Assembly: GCA_964188305.1 (NCBI GenBank)
Contig: OZ076894.1
DNA length: 64,000 bases
Source: Podarcis bocagei
Taxonomy: Eukaryota
Direction: 5' to 3' (one strand)
Shown: piece by piece, positions 34,276 through 46,062 of the stretch
Numbering within the stretch: position 1 is the first letter of the stretch
How the letters are laid out: every line of letters begins with the position of its first letter
Notes under the pieces: model-generated
What the model was told of the DNA's origin: nothing
The model's database searches: none
What the model saw: only the letters and a program-made list of their open reading frames with translations
Position numbers and translations under genes: made by a program

Positions 34276-37200
34276 TTTAATCAGTCATCAGGTACTTGGA
34301 ATGGACAAATGAGTTCTCTAGAGAAGGTTTTTTTTCCATGGGCTAAAATAAACCAACAACAGCTGCAGCACAAATTGGGTGTCAAACTCCTAACACTGAA
34401 CATAGCACCACACAATTCTGAATTCACTGCACAATCCTATGTATATATACTCAGAAGTAAGCAACACAATTGGGCTTATTTCCAGGAAAACACTATAGCA
34501 TCACAGTCTTGGTTATATATCATTGAAATTTAATTCTACTGAGAAATCGTTAACATTAAATGCATTGAGCATTGATGTCAGTAATGTATTGTTATGATAG
34601 ACCCATCTTCACTCTTAGCTGCCTTTTTTCATTCCTGCCTCCCTGAAAAAAACACCTGTTGATTATCGTTGAATTGGCCAGTATAGGCCCATTTCCATTC
34701 TGATTTCCAGATTAACATATTTGACATTAATTATATTCTTTATTTTTTCAAGTTGTTCACATGTTCATATTAGGGTTCATTTTTGTTTATTTTTCTGACT
34801 TATGTTCCTTGTTTCCAATTTCTTATCCTATCTGCTTCAAAATTGATGCATTCATTGCCATAGTTCCCTTGTCCGTGATTATGAGGGGAAATTGCATCTT
34901 GTTATTTTCAAGGATATGAAACTGCTGTTCATAAGAAGCTTTTTTAAAAAATAAAAAACTTTATTGTAGGAAGTTTAGAAATACTTTATTAAAGGAACAG
35001 CACAGAAATACTATTTGGTTTAGAAATACTTTAAAAGCTTATATGTAATTTTATTTTTATTTAAAGAGCTTCCAGCTGCTAGGTCCTGTTTCCACTGCTG
35101 TTTGTGAGAATACCATACTGGGTTAAAAATAAATAAATCAGTTACCTTGTTAGCAGTGATCCAATCTCCTTTTTTGAAGACAGGCAGCTAAGAATGATAA
35201 CTCTAATTATTTATCAACTTTATGCACCAGTGCTACATTCCCTCCATAATCCTCCCACCTCCATCAAAAATGAGATAAATTTGGGAAATTATCATGGGAA
35301 TTACAATATCCTGAGTTTCACAATTGAATATCTTTCAGAAATATTATTCACTAATTGGTATTGGCCATGAGAATAATGGAGAACCAAAACCTTAGATTAT
35401 CTGTGTGAACACTCATAGTAAGAATCAAACGGTATAAAAAACAACAACCTACCATGCAGTCCAGCCCGCACTGACAAAGGAGACTTACCCAACCAATATA
35501 GTTCAATTTAATCTGTACAATCTAGCGGACCATTCAGATGTTTCCCTGTAGAAGTGTGTTGAGGAGATACAGATTGTGTGGGCAAAGCCTATGCATGAAG
35601 AGCTTGTACTCCCATAGGCTCTGTGCAGATAACACAATCAATGCGTGGATACTGGGTGTCAGGGGTAGCAGGTGAGATCCCAATTCATCCTTCACAAATT
35701 AATTACATGAAGATATGTTTTCTAAACAAGCTTTAGGGCCTTCCCCTTTAGTCTAGTGCTCTGTTTCAGGCATGAACTTCAGAGCTTCTCCATTTCATTA
35801 GAAGTAGCCAATTTATACCTGCATTCTCTTCCTTTGTGGAATAAATGAATGCATTTTTTGCAGGCACACATACATACGTTCTCTGTGCACTGAGGTAGTT
35901 ACATGGAGAAGCTCTGAAAACGGAATACATCATATGCTGATACTTATTCACAGAGTAAACTTAATTGAACTCCATATATTTTTGCCTATTGCATTTATCT
36001 TTTGCTTCCAAGTTTAAAAAAAAAAATCTAGCTGATATTGTGCCATCATTTTACCAAGCACACAGCTGGTTGCCAGTATACATCAGTTCTGATGTAAAAA
36101 CCATCTGTTCATTCCAGTCTTTTTCTTCCTCTTGCCACTCTTTCTAAATGCATCCAAACTGTTGATAGATATAACCCTGTTCAAAATTTGACACTATCAA
36201 ATTGTATTTTGTAATCTAAGGTATAATACTGAAAGACCCAGCTCTTCGAAGTACCATAACATCAAATTAAGATAATTGATAATGAAACTATGTTATTAAG
36301 AACATTATATTTGCCAGATTGCTTAAATGGGTGTGGTGCTGGTATCCCTTCTCTCTTGACATTTTCCATGTCCTACAGATTCTAGCTCTAGTCAATTGTT
36401 CTTCACATCTAGGTGATGCAGGAGTTCCAATCTTGTGGAAACATGTGTGGGCATTTACGCATGCATAGGCTCTTGATATGCACATGGCAAGTGATGTGCA
36501 AGACATTGGGGGTGGAGTCAGCTGTGTACTCTCATTGCCCTGTTTAATCAAAAGCAGCTTATACATGACTGAATAGAATTTTTATGGTTCATTGTCTCTT
36601 GAAGCCTTCCCCTCTAAACTGATGAAGGCCTCCTGAAAGCAGCTAAGAACTGTGATTGTCAATTTTATCCATTATTACAAGTATAAGAAACTGTAAAACT
36701 GGATGCCAAAACTGCACCTTTCCAAAGGTACTGACATTCAGTGGCTCAATTGGGTATTTTGTGGACTTTACACTTTAGATGTAATGTATATTCTCCTCTT
36801 ATTTTGAAATGTAGTAATCCATTACTGTTGAGTCTGAGAGTCCTCCTGTCAATTATGCTGAGTGAAGCCCTTGACTTCTGCCCCAAAGTCCCACATGAAA
36901 GCACCACTGATATTTGCTTCAAGTGGTAATATCTTCAATAGAAAATGGTCATACAAGGACTGAGCCTTAACCTGCTGAAATCTGGACTCCCAGTGATTTC
37001 AAGATTCAACATTATATTCAAGAGCTTTAGGTCTGGCTTAGGGCATGTCCACATTACCAATTTGTATTTGTTTCAAACAAGTTTAACCACCATTGCTTCA
37101 AAGAAATTTGTTGGGATCTGCAAAAAAATATTTTTCATTGACTGTTGAAGTCACAAATTATTTGGGGTGTGGAGTCGTAATGCTACAAAATGGCTTCAAT

Positions 37201-37351
37201 ATGAAGTGTAATGGGGTCCTTTAATCTGAATGGTTAGAACTTTTGCATTGAAACAATAACACAGGAAAATGCACATCCAAAATAAGCATTAGTTCAAGCT
37301 GATGAGATTCTAATTATTATCTTCCTTTGTCTTCTGTTGTGTATTACTTAC

Positions 37352-37455
37352 CCAGAATGAACGGGGCTAGCAGAGAGAGTGACATTGTCCAGGTTGTCAG
37401 GGCTCCAGCTTAAGCGATAGGAATTTCTCTCACCTTCTTTGGCCAATGTGGATAC
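37352..37455 (-). CDS. ANK2: ANK2 linker exon ([35 protein letters not shown])
   Basis: 104 nt, acceptor atttcaag, donor TGG|gtaagt, phase 0-2. Confidence 0.93.
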
Positions 37456-38628
37456 CTTGAAATGCAAATAAATTTAACTTTTATGTTTTTGTACCTTTGT
37501 TCTTCTCTTTATTTACAACACTGAACCAACCCAAACCAATGTTTTCTATGCCTCTGATGGAGTCGGTTCACAAAAAGCTATAAAATGAAAGTGAAAAAGG
37601 TCATGTGTGTAATTTAGTTAACGACCAACTAAATATACTTCTGAGTTATTTATATATCAAGCTCTACTCTGGAATCACTGTGGCAGCATTTAATTGCTCC
37701 TAAATGATTCCAGCCCAAAGGATTGTCATCCAACTAAGTTATAGTCAGAGTAAACTCAGTGAAATCAACTAACATAACTTGAGTCCATAGATTTAACTGG
37801 GTCTATGCCGAGTATGCCTTAACTGGATACACCCCTGTAGCTTCTACCACTAAAAAGTGGCTACATAAAACAAGTTATCAATTGCTGAAATGGTGGAACA
37901 TGCTCAAATTGTCCAAATATGAGAACAAAAAAGAAATATATAAATATTTGAACTACATTTTTTACCATTTATTAATTTTGGGGGAAATCAAAACAACCTA
38001 GATTTGCCTCACCGTGTCCTAATGTTTCTTGTGCCAGTACTATTTCCTCTGTCAGTTAATTTCTGTCAGAAAATTATAGAACCTGGATATACAAGACTTA
38101 TAGTCATTCCTCTCTTTAGACATGTATATTACTTCAGCTGTGAAGCACATAGATAATATTTATCTTCTCAGAACAGTGTATATACCTCAATTGGGATAAA
38201 TGTGATTGCAAAGGACACTGACCCCCACCAAAAAAAAACACAGCTATTCAGAGAATGCACTTTCAAATAGTGTGTCTTATGAAGCAGTTATCTGCCTTAT
38301 ACTAAGTGGAAAATAATCTCTGTCCTCATTTGGAAAACCTAAGCAGCTGATGAAATAAAACTGCCAAAAATTGGGTGAAACTTTGCTGTAGATGTATTTA
38401 AGCATTTCTTTCATGCTACCTTTTTTTGCTGACAGCCATAAAACAGTATTGTGAATGATACAGAGGGAAATTATTCAGCTAGACAACATTATAAAATCAG
38501 GCAAGACCCAAGAAACACAGAGCAGTTGACAGTTCACCCAAACAGTGACAATGCATAAAAGACAATTAAGAATGGCAACATTAAAGTTACCAGTTTGAGA
38601 GGTTTGCAAAGCTACCATAACATCTCAC

Positions 38629-38731
38629 CTGGTGGCTGGGAATAACAACCGTGTCATCAATCATGGCGCTGTCTCTCAAGTAGGAGGCGTGGCTCAGAGT
38701 ATGGGACCTGTCTGAACTGAAGGATCGTAGG
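38629..38731 (-). CDS. ANK2: ANK2 linker exon ([35 protein letters not shown])
   Basis: 103 nt, acceptor ctaccag, donor CAG|gtgaga, phase 2-0; possible internal in-frame acceptor giving a start at 38716. Confidence 0.93.
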
Positions 38732-39717
38732 CTGGTAGGTTGGCAACATTATCAGCAGTTGAGATGGTGTTGTGAAGATGGGATTGTGGGCAGAGCAAAG
38801 GAGTGAAGAAAGCATGCTATTAGCAAATAGAGTGCAACTTCCAGGGGGATGATTTAAGCACTCCAATAAAACCCTCCACTCTTCCTCCCCCCCCCCAACT
38901 TTTCTTCTCTTTTCTCAAAAACATTGGAATCCAACAGAATCCCATCTGTTCAATCTACAGTATGGAAATAGTTTGAAGTAGTGACCCTGTGGCTTAATGG
39001 TTCCCCTTATTCTTAAAAGTAACAAGCAACCCATTCCATCGTTCTTTGTCCTGTTGAAATATATATATTTCACTCATAATTTTAAGGGAATTCTTCAGGA
39101 AGGAAAAAAATGAAGTAAGTTCCTCTGACAAGCAACAGTGTGCTACTTAGTCCCCTGGAAGGTACACAGAAGGTAGCCAGCCATATGCTCTTTTCATAGT
39201 GCACAATTCTGCCTTTATATACCAGCAGAATTTATAAACAAGCAAAAACAAAACAAAACATTGTCACCTTTACGCCACCTTTATATGCACAACATATAAA
39301 ATCATTTGCAGTAGCAATGATAGATGCAAAGCAAAATAAGCTACTTTCGTACATCAACTAATGGCTTAATTGAACTAACTGCTATCGCCTCAAATATCAA
39401 AATGCAAACATACTAAGCTACATGGAGTTTCGGCTATAATTATGTACCTCAAATATTGATTAAGAAACTTAAATCACTGAAACTATTACCAAGCTATAGT
39501 TCATATATTTGTATTTTGTGCGCAATACTTAATATGTTTCCAGTTGCCTAGTAACATAATAATGTTAGGAATGAATTAAGATTGAAGAAACAGTTGAGTA
39601 GCAACATTTATTTACACAGCACATTTTACTACCTCAGTGTTAACTATTAATGGATATTAAACTTATAAATAATGGAAAAAAATATTTCCCATCATTAGTA
39701 CATAAGTATATGTAGCT

Positions 39718-39720
<3 letters not shown>

Positions 39721-39770
<50 letters not shown>
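39721..39770. repeat. (TA)25 microsatellite
   Basis: Directly visible. Confidence 0.95.
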
Positions 39771-39775
<5 letters not shown>

Positions 39776-41557
39776 TGATATGTTCTTAATAGTTCTTATA
39801 TTGTGATCTGTGGTTGCAATTCTGCATGCAATGACATGTACAGAAATCCTGTCAGTTTTGATTGGATTAAACTGAACTGAACTGATTTCAGCCGATTGAT
39901 TGATTTCAAGCAATGGCTTTCCAGGGACCCTAGCTTTCCTCCCATGAGCAGAACAGAGTTCACAGAAGAGGGTTTTAGTGCTTGGGGAATTTTTGGGAAT
40001 GGCATAGGCTATAGTGCAAAGGGCTGCTGATGGAGAAAAACAGCAGAGAAGCAACTTAGGATCCAAGTCAATGTCATCAGGACATTTCAGCTCTAAAACT
40101 GTATGAATATCTTCTAGTCACATTTTAACTGCTGAGGTATGATATGCAATGGAATCCTAAACATGCTTACAACACATGTGCCTCTGTGTTAAAAGGGAGT
40201 TAGTCCCCAAATTTGCAAAGGCTGGTAATAGCAACCCTGCATTTTTTAATAAACCTCGGAAGTGACAATAGCATAATAACTGTTACGTGTGTATCATTTA
40301 TAACTGAAGGAAGTTGAGCTAAGTCAAGTTGTGGGGTGAGTTTTAAATTAAAAACAAATAGAACTGTTCCTTTAAAAAACAATGTAAGTGTTAAATAAGT
40401 GGATAATATCACGTCTGTTTTGGCCACGAAAACTTGGTCCTCAGAAAAATTGCTTGGCCTTCATTCAATTTTATCCTTTCTTTTAAAAAAACAAAAACTT
40501 CAGTAGCAAACCCCATTCTTTATAAATTATTGAAGCATCTGGAGCACCAAGATGCAAGGTTGGCAAAGGACCCAAAATGATGCTTTGTTAATTGAACGTT
40601 ACAATAGTTAACATCATCCAATCAACCAGACGTATGTAAGGCTGAAATTACTACAGGCCTTTAAAGATGTTACTTGGTTTTTCTCTGGTGGTTGCAAACC
40701 ACAACAACTGTAATTCATTCAGGTTCCTATCTGGATCATGGGTCTTGGTTATGCATATACCCCATTTGTGCAAAATATGGACTTTAGCCATTGATGGCTG
40801 TACAAAGTAAACAAAAATTAATGATAAATCAGGGGTCAAAATACCCCATTGACATTTTCAGGCAGATATCAACATACTGTTGTCTTTAGCTACCTATGAA
40901 AAGCAAAATGTAATTTATTTCAGATATGCTATTGAGGTATCTTAAGTAAAGCTGACCTGACAAAAAGAAACTCAAGGCTGTTGATCATAAACAGATGCTA
41001 TCCATTAATTTCACGCTATCCTCAGCCACACCAATTATTTATCAAGGCTTTTCTTCTCCTGATACCTTTTGTACTTTCTAACACTGAGTTAGTGATTCAT
41101 AGACTCTCACATAAAAGGACCCAGGAGCAGTGAGACTAGGACCTCCAGGGCATTTACTCATACTTGTCAGAGACTGGTTTTCTTCTTGTATGTCTTATTG
41201 AGCAAAGTCAGGTACAAGCAGTTCTTTCTATCTATTGTAATAGCTATATATAATTGAAAATGGGCAGCATGTTAACTTTGTTATCTTTCTGAAATCAGTA
41301 TGTGTCTTGTTTTTTAAGCCTGCCTTCAACTGGCAGCATTGCACATGCCGCAAAATAATGAGTTAAGATTTTGGTTGAGATCATCGTTAATTGCAACCAC
41401 AATGGTATTTTAGTTGTTCCTTCAAAACTGACCAACTGTAATAAACAAAACCTTCAAAATCCTCCAGCACATCTACAGCATGGATGCGGGTATTTAATGA
41501 CAGATGCCACAAAGGAGCACTGAAGAGAACATCATTTTCATGCTGTATAATACCTAC

Positions 41558-41569
41558 CTGGGCACAGTG
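41558..41569 (-). CDS. ANK2: ANK2 12-nt microexon CACTGTGCCCAG (S-TVP-S)
   Basis: Long pyrimidine tract, then tgctttcattag acceptor; donor CAG|gtaggt; symmetric phase 2-2. Confidence 0.8.
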
Positions 41570-42143
41570 CTAATGAAAGCATACAAAGAGGGGAGAGAGA
41601 AATAATAAACATGGAACATGATTGTGAAAGAAAAACCATGATTGTGAAAGAAAAACCAGAGGATCTAAAGCTGAGCTTCTTAAAATAAGTCAGTTCCATA
41701 AGCCTGGGCTGGCTAATAGAAGGAAGAAGGTACGTTTCCCATAGCACAAAGCAATGGCACAACCACTGCATTGCATAGGCTTTCTTTATTGCAATGAAGA
41801 TCCATATATTTAAGCTAACAACATCATATGTTTAGTGTTTTTAATATTCAGATGGAACATCTCTGTACCTTTCATTTTCACGTGAGCTGTGATTAGGGTA
41901 TTTGGCTGAAATCTGAGGGGGGGGGAGCTTTATGTACACATTTCAAGCCACTTCTCCCTCAGTAAATATTCTTCCTCAGTAAATATTCTTCTGTGAATCT
42001 ACAAGGTAGGCATTCTCCATGCCCACCAAGCCTCTGGGCCTTGAAAGTGTCCTAAAATTCATCCACATACTGTACTGGGTGTTTATTCAGCAAAAATACT
42101 ATAGATGTGTTAGAAAAATAGAACATTCTTGGTGCAGTAGTAC

Positions 42144-42288
42144 CTGTCAGATCGGCCTCCTTCCAGGCTGTACCTCAGGTAGTTCATACCATCTAAGAAC
42201 TGGCTGCTGGGTAAGGAATCGTCGCCTAATTCTTTCAGATCTTCCGGTCTAAGATATTCTCCCCCATCTCCTGTCATTGTGTCGTCAC
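42144..42288 (-). CDS. ANK2: ANK2 linker exon ([48 protein letters not shown])
   Basis: 145 nt, acceptor tctcaag, donor CAG|gtacta, phase 1-2. Confidence 0.95.
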
Positions 42289-42843
42289 CTTGAGACAAAA
42301 CACATACAAATTCACAAGATCAATAAACTAATGAAGCCCTACAGCACTGGAAAAGTATGGTCACATATTAGGTGGATCACCTCAAACACAAACAAACAAA
42401 ACAGGGAACATTATCCTCATTCCTGAAGCACAGCAAGCACAAGCTGTTAATACACACTAAGAAAACACTGGCAGATTAAGTGGGATGATATCAATTTAAG
42501 TGTTTTTTTTTAAAAAAAACATCAACAGCACCTCACGTTGAATCAGTCTTTTGTCCTTTGCCATTATACATACTGTTGGCTGAACTAATTTTACTTTTGT
42601 TCCTTTTTTCCACTTAGTTTCTTGGACACAGCTGGCCTCTGACAGAAACTGCTTCCACATGAGACATTAAAATTTGACTTTGAGCCCCTATTGCACTATT
42701 ATGTGCCATATGAGAATGTCATTAATGTGGGACAGAATGTAGAAAAGAAACAGAAATATATATTCTAGCCAACAGAGAGTTTATATTGGCACTATACTCT
42801 CATTTTCAGAAAAGCTCAATTAAGTATCAGATGTGAACAGAGA

Positions 42844-42997
42844 AAGCTGCCTAATGTTTGGATCAGGCTATTTGCCCATTTAACTCAGTATTGTCTACTC
42901 ATACTGGCAGCAGAGGTCTTTCCCATCAGCTCCTACCTGATCCTTTTAAATGGAACTGACAATGACTGCACCTGGGACCTTCTGCATGCAAAGCAAG
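42844..42997 (-). mobile_element. Degraded tRNA-derived SINE (Squam2-like), same family as 45520-45696
   Basis: Minus strand gctttgcatgcagaaggtcccagg head and ctgccag...tagacaatactgag body. Confidence 0.55.
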
Positions 42998-43698
42998 GAA
43001 GAAACAGCATATATAAAATCTGGTGGGGAATATATGTATATATAAAGATGGGGGGGGGGAGAGAGCTTGTGCAAATGGAAGACCTTCTCTGGACCTGTGG
43101 TGGGGAGCATTTTTCTTTTGCAGTGATCTTCCACTAAGACAGAAACAGGCCTTTTATGAACTGTGAAAATGTTTGGATCCAAGCAAGCGTAAGTTCTGGA
43201 TCTTAATTCAAACTTTGTAAGGCACAAAGGCAAAACTGACTTTCAGATTACTTTCAAAATAATAATAAAAAGTGTTACATTAAGCATTCCAACCATAACA
43301 GAAAATGGTTCACATTCATTATGAGGCAATGATGCATTGGATCCAGACTTAGTCATGCGTAGAGCAGACCCAGTGAAATTTGTCTTAAGTTTGTCCATTC
43401 CAAACATGAATGAATCCGAGTCAAACCCTATGACTACACATTATTCACCTTGAACCAGCAGCATCTAGTAATGACTGCTGACCTAACAGTCTTGCACCGA
43501 ACCAATGAACCAGACACTCTCTCTATAAACACAGTTACCATGAGAAAGAGTGAAGACGTATCTGTTCTGATGATGCTCACACGGAAAAGCAGATCAGAAA
43601 CTGGGGGATGTATTCCTTTTTAAAGGAATCCATACTCTTGTATCCTCCTCTCTCCAGGTACTTTTCACTTAAACTTAAATCATGTCAGGGATTTATAA

Positions 43699-43836
43699 CA
43701 GGAAAGGGGAGCCTGTGACCCTCTGGACATTCTTGGGCTCCAACTCCCATCAGCCCCAGTCATCATGGCCAATGGTCAGGGATGATGGAAGATGTAGTTC
43801 AACAACACCTGGAGGGTCACAGGTTTGCCATCCCTG
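43699..43836. mobile_element. Old hAT-type palindromic MITE
   Basis: cctgtgaccctc...caactcccatcagccc...gggatgatggaagatgtag...ctggagggtcacagg inverted arms. Confidence 0.6.
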
Positions 43837-45013
43837 GTTTGGCGTGTTATTCTTTGTGCTTATCTTTGTAACCATAGCTACTTCAGGGTATTATATTGCC
43901 TCTTTGACCAGCCATGCTGTCTAGACCCAAATAATTGCCAGTTAAGTGATTACAGATGGGCATCACATTATGTCAGCCACACACAGCTCCCAGAGGCTCT
44001 AATGGAACTGTCGGCAACTGAACCGCTAAAATGGAAATACTGAACATCTGTCCCTGCTGAGTCGTGAGAGCAGCAGCATACAAAAAACGTATTCTTGCAA
44101 TCGTCTGATGGAGGGAGGAATACAGGAACAACATCCCCCTCCTGAAATAAAGGCAAACACTGGGGCATTTTGCTGGAATATTTAGAAACCTGTTTCAGTG
44201 GTAATGGCAGGTAAAGCATCCACTACATTAAAGAAGCCTTTCTGCAGGAGCTACATATTCAACATATTTCACTATATTCATCGCTTTTTTGAACAACCTG
44301 GTAGGTGGCCATATGCCAATATAGAGACTACCTAGTTAAACTCTGCAAAAATCCTTAACTTTCCTCTAAGAAGAATTTTCAAGGCCTTGAACAAACATAT
44401 TGGGTTATTGAAATACATTGGGGTAGAGCATTCTTTCTTAACATGAATCTGAAACTTTTAGTATTCTATCAAAACTGCATTCTACACAGCATAACATGAT
44501 TTCAAATAAGAACTTGACATTTTATTCTAAAGAGGAAGCCATCTTGAGGAACGACATACAGTGAAGAAAAATCACCATCATTGTTTCTTAATATTTATCT
44601 CCCTCTTAATGAATCCTAATGCCCTAGGAGGGCACAATACTTAGTTAACTTACAACAATACAACCATACAAAACTAGCAGCTAAATAGTAAGATCACAGA
44701 AGGTAATTTTATCGTTCCAATATACTTTATTTAAATCTGAATTTGTAGAACATGAACTGTGTCTTAAATCTTCTTAAAAGGCAGAACTAACCATCCAGAG
44801 AGCCAGCTACAAAATTAAGGCTCCGTTTTAGGGGCCAGGGTGGGCAAAACTGAAATCATGCAGAGACCCACACACAAATTCACTGGCATAGATCAGAGTT
44901 AGGCATTCCAGAAACACGTGTCTTGGTTTCAGAAAAGAGGTGGGACAGTAAACAATTAAACAATAAAATAAAAATGGTTTTGTGCCTCACTCTAAGAACT
45001 CTTAACACTGTAC

Positions 45014-45070
45014 CTGCATCACTAAAGGCATCCTCATCAGTGAAATGATCATAGTCAGAGTGTTTAAAAG
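45014..45070 (-). CDS. ANK2: ANK2 alternative cassette exon in the linker (AFKHSDYDHFTDEDAFSDA)
   Basis: 57 nt, symmetric phase 1-1, acceptor ttatgcag, donor CAG|gtacag, open frame, acidic like the flanking linker. Confidence 0.75.
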
Positions 45071-45519
45071 CTGCATAACACATAAGTTAAATTTCAGGAA
45101 CAGGGTCAAAAGGGAGCAACTAATGGCATATGGTAGACTGGGAAGAAATGTCATTACCTTGCAACCAAGAGAAAACCAAAATTATTTAAAATAAACATGG
45201 AGGGGGTGAGAGAGCAGTATATATACTGAACAACAGGAGGAGGATTAGAGAAAATCAAAGTAATTCTTCACATGGTAGATCAGTCTAGGGGCCAACACTG
45301 GATGAATCACTGGAGATTCATGATCTGATCCTCCTACCTTCAAATTTCTCTTTAAAAGCAGTCATTTGATGAGTAGCCCTTTCACCTCTGGCGTTTTCCA
45401 AATACAAATAATGTGCTCTGCTCACCCAGCTATTTGCTCCAATGGAGAAAATATACAGGTACACATGTGCTTATCGTAACAGGGCAAACAGCAGCTGCAA
45501 GATGGTAGGGAGGGCTAAA

Positions 45520-45696
45520 CTGAGACCTCCCAAGAAATGAGATTGGTCCATCTAACTCAGTATGATCCACGTGGACTGGCCAAGACTCCTCAATGTTTTC
45601 CACAGGACTGTTTCCTAATTCTACCTGAAGATGCCAAGGACTGAACCTGGAACCTTTTGCAATCAAACCACATACATTATCACTTAGCTATGGCCC
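45520..45696 (-). mobile_element. Degraded tRNA-derived SINE (Squam2-like)
   Basis: Minus strand GGGCCATAGCTAAGTG (A box) and CCAGGTTCAGTCC (B box), then ggcatcttcaggtag. Confidence 0.6.
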
Positions 45697-45798
45697 ATCT
45701 TCATCTAATCACAAATCTTTAATGTCTCTTATATTTGATGCTAACATATCTTTTTAATAAATAAATAAATAAGCAAGCATTTGTACATTTGTTTTTTA

Positions 45799-45866
45799 GC
45801 ATAGAATCATAGAGTTGGAAGAGACCACAAGGGCCATCGAGTCCAACTCCCTGCCAAGCAGGAAAT
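45799..45866 (-). mobile_element. Very short CR1 3' terminus
   Basis: catagaatcatagagttggaagagaccacaagggccatcgagtccaactcc = reverse-complement CR1 (ATTCTATG)n tail. Confidence 0.7.
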
Positions 45867-45989
45867 ATGGTTTTATGGTTTTTTTCAATCTTTTGAATTA
45901 GCCACTTTAAGTAATGTGATAGTTTCTTAAATCCAAAGTTCAGTATATATTATAACCAGTCTGGCTCATGTGGTTTGTGATCAGCTTAC

Positions 45990-46062
45990 CTTCCTCATCA
46001 GACACATCCAAGACTTCAGTCATAGTTTCAGGTACATTGAGCTTGTGTTTCTCAGTTACAGT
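45990..46062 (-). CDS. ANK2: ANK2 linker exon ([24 protein letters not shown])
   Basis: 73 nt, acceptor ttttccag, donor GAAG|gtaagc, phase 0-1. Confidence 0.95.

Noticed and set aside
41066-41077. Second 12-nt AG..GT unit (AAAGTACAAAAG) in phase 2
   Set aside because: Almost no pyrimidine tract and only a moderate donor; consistent with chance.
41957-41991. 17-bp tandem duplications here and at about 59936-59969
   Set aside because: Ordinary slippage duplications, away from splice signals.
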